A stretch of 64,000 nucleotides of DNA from Eledone cirrhosa (taxonomy: Eukaryota): the NCBI GenBank assembly GCA_964016885.1, contig OZ024746.1, positions 39,122,001 through 39,186,000 on the forward strand. The letters run 5' to 3'. Position numbers and translations under genes: made by a program. The stretch's first letter is position 1; each line of letters opens with the position of its first letter. Below are positions 55,223 through 64,000 of this stretch, one piece after another. A model generated the notes under the pieces. It made no database searches. It worked only from the letters and a program-made list of their open reading frames with translations, and had not been told where the DNA came from.

Positions 55223-58200
55223 GTTTAAACACTTCCGCATGTTTTAAATATAAATTTATTCTTTTTACATTAGACTAAATATATGAAGTATTCAATCCAT
55301 TCTTACTTTTAGTACAACCTTTCTGAGCTATGTTAGCTATATATAGTTACTTTATATATTATATATATATATATATATATTAAATGCACATTAACCATCG
55401 GTGTGCTTAAAGTTGAATGTAAAAGATAAAAGATAAAACATAAAACATAAATACTTGAGTATCTATCTGAACCCTTCCACCACATCTAATCTAAATAAAC
55501 CCAGTAACAACAGTCTCAACCCGTCTACAATATACTACGGTTTCTTTCTTCTTTCTACATTTACTTATTTATTTAACCACAAATTTACATTAACACTTTA
55601 TATTACTCATGTAACTGTCTTTTCCTGCAATGTTATATAGTAAACGCTGTTTTTCAAATTTTGACACATTGGTAATATGTTATGATAAAATTACGTTAAC
55701 GTGTTGTGTTATATCTTAAGAATATCTGATGTAGCAGTGATTAAGACACAAATCCTGATGTAATTACCTGTATAATCATCATTTTGTATTGGTTTTAATG
55801 TATATTTAACTATACAATCTGTATTGAGACCTATAGTTTTATTATCGTAATTAAAGCCTTATAATGTGTGTACGTGCGTGTGTGTGTGTGATAGCGTGTG
55901 TGTATGTATGTGTAAAACTGATATATATTTCTAAATGTGTGTGTGTGTCACCTACTCCACAATTTCTAAATTCAGAACAATTAAAAACTAGTCAGTTCAG
56001 TTAACTTACAGCAAATACTCGTAGTGTGAGTAAGTTATGCCTAAAAGGAAAGTTGGCTGGTAGAGAAGCGGAGGTCGGCAGCCAAAACGATGGCTTGATA
56101 ATGTTAACTTATGGACTGGACTCGACCTTTGCTCTTTAAACTCTGCTTTTAGTGATCGAACTTTGTGGAGAAAAATATCTCATGTTGAAGAGCAGTCTGC
56201 AACTGGCGGAGTTAGTGTCTAGAGAGAGAGAGTTGATTAGATTTTCATATTAATAATTGTTTCTACGTTAGGCACAAGGCCAGCAATTACCCAGTGCATT
56301 ACTGGTACTTTATTTTATCGACCCCGTAAGGATGAAAGGCAAAGGAAATGTCGTAGTTTCGATTTCTTTATTGGCCAACTTTCAATTTCCTTCATTCTTT
56401 CTGTTTGTTCCCTTTAACAATTAGGTGCACATTTAAGTTGAGTTCGATTCCTGTTAAACTCAATTTTTATCTGCGCTATGCGAACATATAGAGGACCTGA
56501 AATAACCTTGGACATTAAATTGAATATGGATGGATGGTCGCTTATCTTCTGATGGAGTCGTAGGGGCACCGTATTGACATACATTGTTTCTTGGGGCAGT
56601 TTTAAACACGGTGGAGCCTATCTCTTCTCTAGATCTGAATACTTCAGATTTCTTCCAGCGAAAGATAGAGAGAATGGAAGTGAGAAAGAGGTTTAGAGGA
56701 GGAATCTATCCCAGTACTAGGCTGGTACTTTTTTATCGACTTCGAATGGATGAAAGGCAAAGTTGACCACGATGGAATTGAATATAGTTTGAGTTATATC
56801 ACTGGCTATCTATTTCTTTTTTCTTAATACCTGTTATGAAATCACCGAATGCAGGCTCTTGTGTCTACATACAAATGTATGGTTTAAGTGTATATATTTT
56901 TAAGTGTATATATTTTAAGTGTATATATTTTACCACACACTACTTTTAATTCGATGAATTTATTAACTAAGGTGTACGATATGTGTCTGAATGTCGATGA
57001 GGTTATATTTATTTGTATAATGTGAACATAAAAAGGGCGGTGGATTGACAGTATCGGTAGAACGTCGGACACCATGCTTTGTGGCATAGAGTTACATCCT
57101 TTTACTTCTGATTTCAAATACCACCGAGGTTAACTTAGCCTTTTATCCTAACAGGGTCGATAAAATAAAGTACCTGAGGTCAATTTATTCAACTTTCTGC
57201 TTCCCGAAAGTTGTTGGCCATGTGCCTAAATCAGAAACCATTAATTGAACATAAAATGTTTTAACCTTCACTATAAACGTATAATTAATTATATTTTTCA
57301 TTAAACCTCTGATTAATTGCTTTGTTTTCTATTCTTTTACCCACAAATAATCAGAACTCTCTCATATTTTCACCTCTTACTATCACTCAGCTGCCTCTTC
57401 TATATTTCATTATTTGTCTTTCTCTTCTCTCTCGTTATAATTCTTATTCTTTCAGTTCCACCTTAACTGTTTGTCTGAAGCTTTGTGTCTCTAACTTAAA
57501 ATTGTGTTTATATTATTTTCTTACGTAGGAATAAGACCAGAGACTTTTGTAGGAGAACAGTTGATTATATTAATCAGTACTCGACTGTTGAGATGAAAGG
57601 CATCAGCGTCATTTTAATTTCTCTTACTGACAGTCTCTGTGACATACTATTAAATCACCTTACCTCCACTCTTCCACTTTCCCCCTTTCCTTTCCATTAT
57701 TTGTCTTTCTTTTCTTTCAGACATTCTACCTCACTCGCTCTAGATATCTCATATTCCCCCAGTTAACCTTAAATTTTGATATGTACGCTTTATTTATGTA
57801 CTAATAGCTTCTGTAACTTGAATTAGATACTCAGTGTTCATATTTCAGATTTTCTTTACCCTTCCAATTGCATTTCTATTTAAAGCTATATTTCCTCTGT
57901 TTCTCTGTAACTTGAATTGCTTTTTTTTTTTATCAATAATACAATGGAAAAGATGTTCCACGCTTACAATGACCCTGGTGCTAAACGGAAGCGAACTCTA
58001 ATGGCAACAGAAATAGGTAGGCAGGAATCCGACTATGTTCATAGTCAAATTTAAGTGGGATTCTCAAAATCTGGAAGCCCCTTTCGTCCCTAACTATCTT
58101 TATGCCCTTACTGGTCTGGTAAAACTAAAAAGGAACATTGTACATCCTGTGACGCTGTTATGACAGTATTCAAAATTCTTGAAAACTACGATGATTGTAG

Positions 58201-59183
58201 ATCTATTGTTACAATGCCAGGATTCATCGAATTCTTAATATCATTTCTATATTGTTTCAAGCATTGCTCCGAGCCAGTTCCAGTACTTGGATATTTGAGT
58301 TTTCACATTTTATAAGAATTATATTGGAAGTTTACTTCTCAACATTCCGGTTTCTACTAATTGTCAAAGGTAAAAAAAAAAACGGATTAAAGTATTGAAG
58401 AAAAAAATGTTTAATAATAGTTTCAAAAAATAAAAACTGTTCTCCCTTTCATTTAATCCTGTGTTCTTATTTAACACGCACAAATTAGTTATTTTGCATA
58501 TATAAAATTAAATTATGATGTATACAATTCATATTAAGTACATAACTTAAACACGAAGTGCGATATACATTTTTAAAAAAAAATTCTTGCACACACGCCA
58601 ACTTAACCCATTAGCATTTAAACCGGCATATCCGGCCAGAATTCTCTCACCCCTTTCTGTTTAAACCGGCCATAACTGGCCACTCATACTTATGTTAAAG
58701 TATTGTTCTCAAAATAATAATAAGTATTGTTATCAAAATCTCGTAGATTCGATATTATGTGAGATATTTATGCGAGATAAAATGTTTACCATGAAAATAC
58801 AACAGCATATATGGAGTAATGTAAATGCTAAAGGGCTCAAATTTAAATCCAATATACCTTCTATCGGAACAATTCTTCTCAACTGGGCAACGCGAAATAC
58901 CCCCCCCCCTCTCTCTCCCTGTGGTGCGTTGTGTACTAGAATCAGGTGTTTTATTTCTCGCTGCCTTAATCTACTCAGCTGAATAGGAATGACTTGTTCC
59001 TGTAATTCTATTAGGCAGTCTTGTACACATTGTGTTATGCTGAATATACCTGAGAACTACGTTAAAGGTACCCGTGTCTGTAGAATGCACATCCACATTT
59101 AATGTTAATTTCACGGGCAGGTAGTTTCGTTGATTGAATCAACTGGAGTACACGTCGTCGGAAATGACAGAGGTCCTATTTCC

Positions 59184-59354
<171 letters not shown>

Positions 59355-59535
59355 ACATATATTTTGATTATGTGAATGTCTTCATTTATTATTATTCTGA
59401 ATAATAATAACTCCAGAAAACCATTGTAGAGTGCTTTTAATCTATTGTAAAACTATATTAATTGAGTAATCAATGAACCATATTAATCTTTGGTTACATA
59501 TATATATATAGATATATATATGTGTGTGTATACAT

Positions 59536-59566
<31 letters not shown>

Positions 59567-59610
59567 CAAACATGACCATATATATCAACATAGAAATATA
59601 TGTGTGTGTG

Positions 59611-59655
<45 letters not shown>

Positions 59656-60975
59656 TCGTATGTTGGAACGTATTGATAAATATTGTTTTGTTTCATTTTT
59701 TAACCAGTGAGTAAATAGGAAATTCGTTACACATTTCTTTTTAAACCAGACTTTTAATTAGTTTCTTTTACTTTATCAGATATCAATTACCATATCTTGG
59801 GAATCTGTTAATGTCCCAGAAGCTGGCTTTATTTTTCACATATTGGTTGCGTAAATGAATGTGCAGAATGCGGACACTGAGATTTGAGCAACAGTGAAGT
59901 AAGAGGGAGCATTAAACAAACATGTTGTTTGATAGATTTTACCTATCAGAAACATATATCGTTATTAGAGCGGTGGATTGGCAGTATCCGTAGAGCATCG
60001 AACACCATGCTTCATAGCATAGAGTTATGGTCCTTTACGTTCTGAGTTCAAATCCCGACGAGGTTAGCTTTGCCTTTCATCCTTAAAGGGTCGATAAAAT
60101 AAAGTGGGGTCAATTTATTCGACTTTCCCCTCCCAAATTGCTGGCCTTGTGCTTATAGTAGAATTCGTTATTAGGAGGGAACATATATTATAGAGTGTAC
60201 TGCTGGGTTTCAAAAAGCCATTCTTTATAGCCTTTGGCACCAGGCACGTGGCTAGTTTGGACGCTGGAATCACGATCGTAAGGTCGTCGCTTTGTGTCAG
60301 ACACTAGGCGGTGCGTTATGTTCTTGGAAAAAAATAACTGAATTTCATATTGTTCCTTCTACCAGGAACTGCGACCAACATTTAGTATCAGCAATAGCAA
60401 GACCAATGGAAACATTGTTTCTTTAGTCTGATCTGATGATTAGCTCCTTTTCTTTTTTGACACCTGACATAGATCATATGACTGATAGGTAGGTGATAAA
60501 TATAATGGATGGGGCTACACAAATTCTTGAATTTCATGTATCGTTAGTTTATCATAGTAGTTTTTAACCAGGCTGACAAATCACCCTGGAGTGTCATAAA
60601 TAATTATAAGGAATGTAAGGAAATATTTGTTATATGCACTCCAATATACAGATTTTGAAAGGAAATTTCTGCTGCCACAGTCATTTCAAAGGTTATCACT
60701 AGAGTAGGCCTATTAAGGTTTACGTTTTAACGATAGAATTTCTACATAATTGTGTGACCTGCTAGAAATACCTCACACAGTGTAAAAAAAACATCAGCAA
60801 AAAAATCAACAATAACAAAAATGGATTTTTATGTATACTACCTCATGTTTCGTAACAACTGATTCAACCACATGCTAAGATGTCAGAATACATTGCATTT
60901 GTATGCTGTTGATATATACGTCATTGTGAAGACGGAAGATTCTTCTACATACACATACTCATATGTGAGAACAGG

Positions 60976-61026
<51 letters not shown>

Positions 61027-61242
61027 CTGATCATCGGTTCACTGTCAATTTTGTTATTATTTGTAAATAGTCGTTAAGTCTTGTCCTTTACCCATTTGTT
61101 ACTGTCCCTGAAGCACTAAAGCCAGTTGTATTGACTCTAAAGCATCCAAACAACGTATCTAACGGTCGTCTGATGAGATTTGACAACTGTCTGTATTCGT
61201 TCATTTTCCTCTCTTCGCCCATATCTTTTATTTATATATATA

Positions 61243-62124
61243 CGAGGTGTGTCAGAAAAGTTCCGGGACTGATATCACAAAAGATTTATTTCAAACCCAA
61301 ACTTCACACTAAGAGTTTTCTCCTTCAAAGTAATCCCCATGGAGTCTAATGCACTTTTCCATCCTTTTCTGCCACGCTTGCATGCACTCCTGGAAGGATT
61401 CTTCCGGGATCCTCCGCAGTTCCGTCGTCACGGCCTTTTTGATGTCGTCCACGTCTTCAAAACGAATCCCCTCCCGGTCGTACTGGAAGATCCATGACTC
61501 ATCACCGGTGATGACTGTCCCTAGCAAGTCTGGTTCGGTTTCAAGATGCTCGAGGATGTCCTGGCACACTTGCATGCGTCGACCTTTCTGGTCACCGTTC
61601 AGCAGTTTTGGCACCATCTTCCCGCAGACTTTCCGCATGTCCAAATCTTCAGTGAGAATCTTCCAGACGCTGTCCCGATTCATGCCCAGCTCATTTGCCA
61701 TCAGTCAAACAGTCAGTCGATGATCGCTACACACCATCTGCCTGACGCGCTCAACGTTGACCTCAGTCCTGGTTGTTGAGGGCCTTCCGCTCCTGGAGTC
61801 ATCTTGCACCACTCAAAAACACGTGAGCGTGACATCGTCTCATCTCCATACACTTGCTGCAGCAATCCCAGTGCTTCTGACGGAGTTTTCCCCAACCGTA
61901 CCAGAAACTTCAAGTTTGTTCGTTGCTCTGTGCTCATTGCTTGACAACCTGAAACAGAGGACATGTATATAAAATTATGAAGAAAAAAGTTAGATCGCTG
62001 CAGAGAGCTAAGATTACAGTTACATACTCCAGGGGGATTACTTTGAAGGAGAAAACTCTTAGTGTGAAGTTTGGGTTTGAAATAAATCTTTTGTGACATC
62101 AGTCCTGAAACTTTTCTGACACAC

Positions 62125-62128
<4 letters not shown>
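61243..62128 (-). mobile_element. Internally deleted mariner transposon with ~100-bp TIRs and TA target duplication
   Basis: TIRs at 61243-61344 and 62024-62128. Remnants EQRTNLKF..LGKT..E, VYGDETMSRSRVFEW, KMVPKLL, TGDESW, GDYFEG; the second and third catalytic Asp region is missing. Confidence 0.92.
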
Positions 62129-62214
<86 letters not shown>

Positions 62215-62227
62215 CGTGTGTGTGTAA

Positions 62228-62505
62228 AGGCACGTGGCTTTGTGGTTAGGGTAACTCCAAATCGTAAGATTTGTAAGTTTGATTCTCGGCGGCGGGTTGT
62301 GTCATTGGGCAAGACATTTTCCAGTCCACTCAGCTGCCAAAACTGAATTGTTCCTGTAATTCGAAAGGCCAGCCTTGTCACATTCTGCATCACGCTGAAT
62401 CTCCCTGAGAACTCTGTTAAGGGTACGCGTGTGTGTACGTTAATTTCACGAGTAGGCTGTTCCGTTGATCAGATCGTCGTCGTAATCGGTGGAATGCCAA
62501 TAACT
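62228..62505 (+). mobile_element. tRNA-derived SINE family 2 (representative). Fragments near 21690, 32690, 37475, 54470, 58990, 60240
   Basis: GTGGCT..GTGGTTAG A-box, GTGTCATTGGGCAAGACA core, AAAGGCCAGCCTTGTCACA...TTAAGGGTAC tail. Confidence 0.75.
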
Positions 62506-62614
62506 ATATATATTTATATATATGTATGTATATATATTTTTACATGCATGTATATGTATATATATATATTTATATAGATACAAATAAATATGTATATATA
62601 TACACAGAAATATC

Positions 62615-64000
62615 CACGGTTAGTTGTGGGGTCTAGTCTGTATGAAGAACAATGTAGACATTTTAGGAATGTCTTATAAACCTGAATAATCAATTAGTGA
62701 ATTGGTTTTGGTGTAGGTAAGAACATATGTTTTATTCTTTCATAGAAAAGCCCATCATTTACTGGCGTTTATATAAATATGCTATTTCATAGACCATTGC
62801 ACATGTTTTTGGTAAGTACAAATAAGAATTTCCAGCTATGTCATCAGCTGTAAGTTTCACAGCAATTCACTATAGACGTCATTTTTTAAATGAAATACAC
62901 GCATTTGCTGGGTAACAGTATATTACTCTTGTTCCTGTCCCAAAGAACAATATTAGGCCAGTTGTTTTTATAACAGCGGAATGTTGTTTTTATTAGAATG
63001 TTCCACAAGTTGTGGATACATTTGTTTCCAGTGTGCCTTTGGTATTAAACCCCTGGGCCATTCTTTCTATGGGTGGTATAGTAAATATTTTTGGCAACAA
63101 TGTTTTATTTCATGGGAGGTAGAATCTTGCGGAGATTTCTGAACAGCTGGTAAAGATGTGGATGATATTTTTCAAACTAATATGGCACATTGAGAATGTT
63201 CAATCACACCATGATAGTTTACAGACATCGGTTTTACTTATTAGTATTTAGCATTTACGTCTTATCTTTGAATAGAGAATACATATCCTTCTATGTGAGA
63301 TCTAATGTTAATATTACAGGCTCAAGAGAGGTTAATTATTTTTTCAATTTGCTGTTATTCTCCAGCTGGCAAAATATGAACCCCTTATGCTGATATGATA
63401 CGCATTTTCCCCAAATTTCTATTGAAGTAGATCTGTTCAGCTAATTTTAGTTCACTTTGGATAACTGGTCTACTCTTAAGATGTTATTTTTACTGTTTAG
63501 TATACATGTTATGCATTAATGTCTCCTTTTACTGTTCAATAAATGTTATCTGCTGATGAAGAATGTCTTCACAGTCTAGTTGTAGAAAGTGCGGGTGTAT
63601 TTTAATGCCCCGTTTAGTATCTCAAATATTGGTTCTAGCAGTGTGAATACAAAAATGTTATGATATATCTTATCGAATGTGGACAAGCTAGACTTGCCTA
63701 TCTTCCAATGCTTGCTGAGTTATTCATTTGTCATTGCAGTTTTGTTCATACTATCAACTATAACAAAATTCTCATTGTAGTTACTTATGTCCTCATTGAC
63801 AGTGGAGTAGATCATGTTGTAATCAATCTGTATTGATGCATCGATTAACGCAATTGGAATCTGAGTAAGACCCTAGGTCTCTGGAATTATTGAAAAAGAG
63901 ACAGAAATAAAGACCTTTTAGCCGAGTCATATTGATTTCGGCAATACTGCTTTACTACCTTATAAACATGTTTAATGTCATGTGGTTTCCGATAAATGAT
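62615..64000 (-). pseudogene. Highly decayed Penelope-like RT remnant (tentative)
   Basis: Broken frames give LLPKI... and KTCAMVY (weak RT motif resemblance). The left end shares GTTGTGGGGTCTAGTCTG.ATGAAGAAC with ~24637-24665. Confidence 0.35.

Noticed and set aside
62816-62855. CTGATGA...GAAA on the minus strand
   Set aside because: Stem II is only 2 bp and stem I is out of register by one base; probably chance.

Overview
AT-rich, microsatellite-saturated metazoan DNA. The SINE families and (TA)/(CA)/(TATG) load suggest a cephalopod such as Octopus (inference). I could not support any host protein-coding gene; nearly all ORF-track entries are microsatellite translations. The real content is mobile DNA: (1) a recent ~6.3 kb Penelope-like element of Naiad type (7721-14052, minus strand) with an open RT + GIY-YIG ORF and direct plus inverted pLTRs; (2) a 5'-truncated Tx1-like LINE; (3) R4/Dong- and HERO/NeSL-like endonuclease fragments; (4) a non-autonomous RTE-derived family sitting in (TATG)n; (5) an internally deleted mariner, MITEs and two SINE families. 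The main hidden signal is 14 type I hammerhead ribozyme folds with intact CUGANGA/GAAA cores, plus several decayed or half copies, read by eye on both strands. They belong to about 8 small non-coding families with tandem or inverted Penelope/retrozyme-like architecture, mostly in or beside (TA)n/(TG)n tracts. Several have non-canonical features. No folding software or database search was run, and ribozyme activity is untested.
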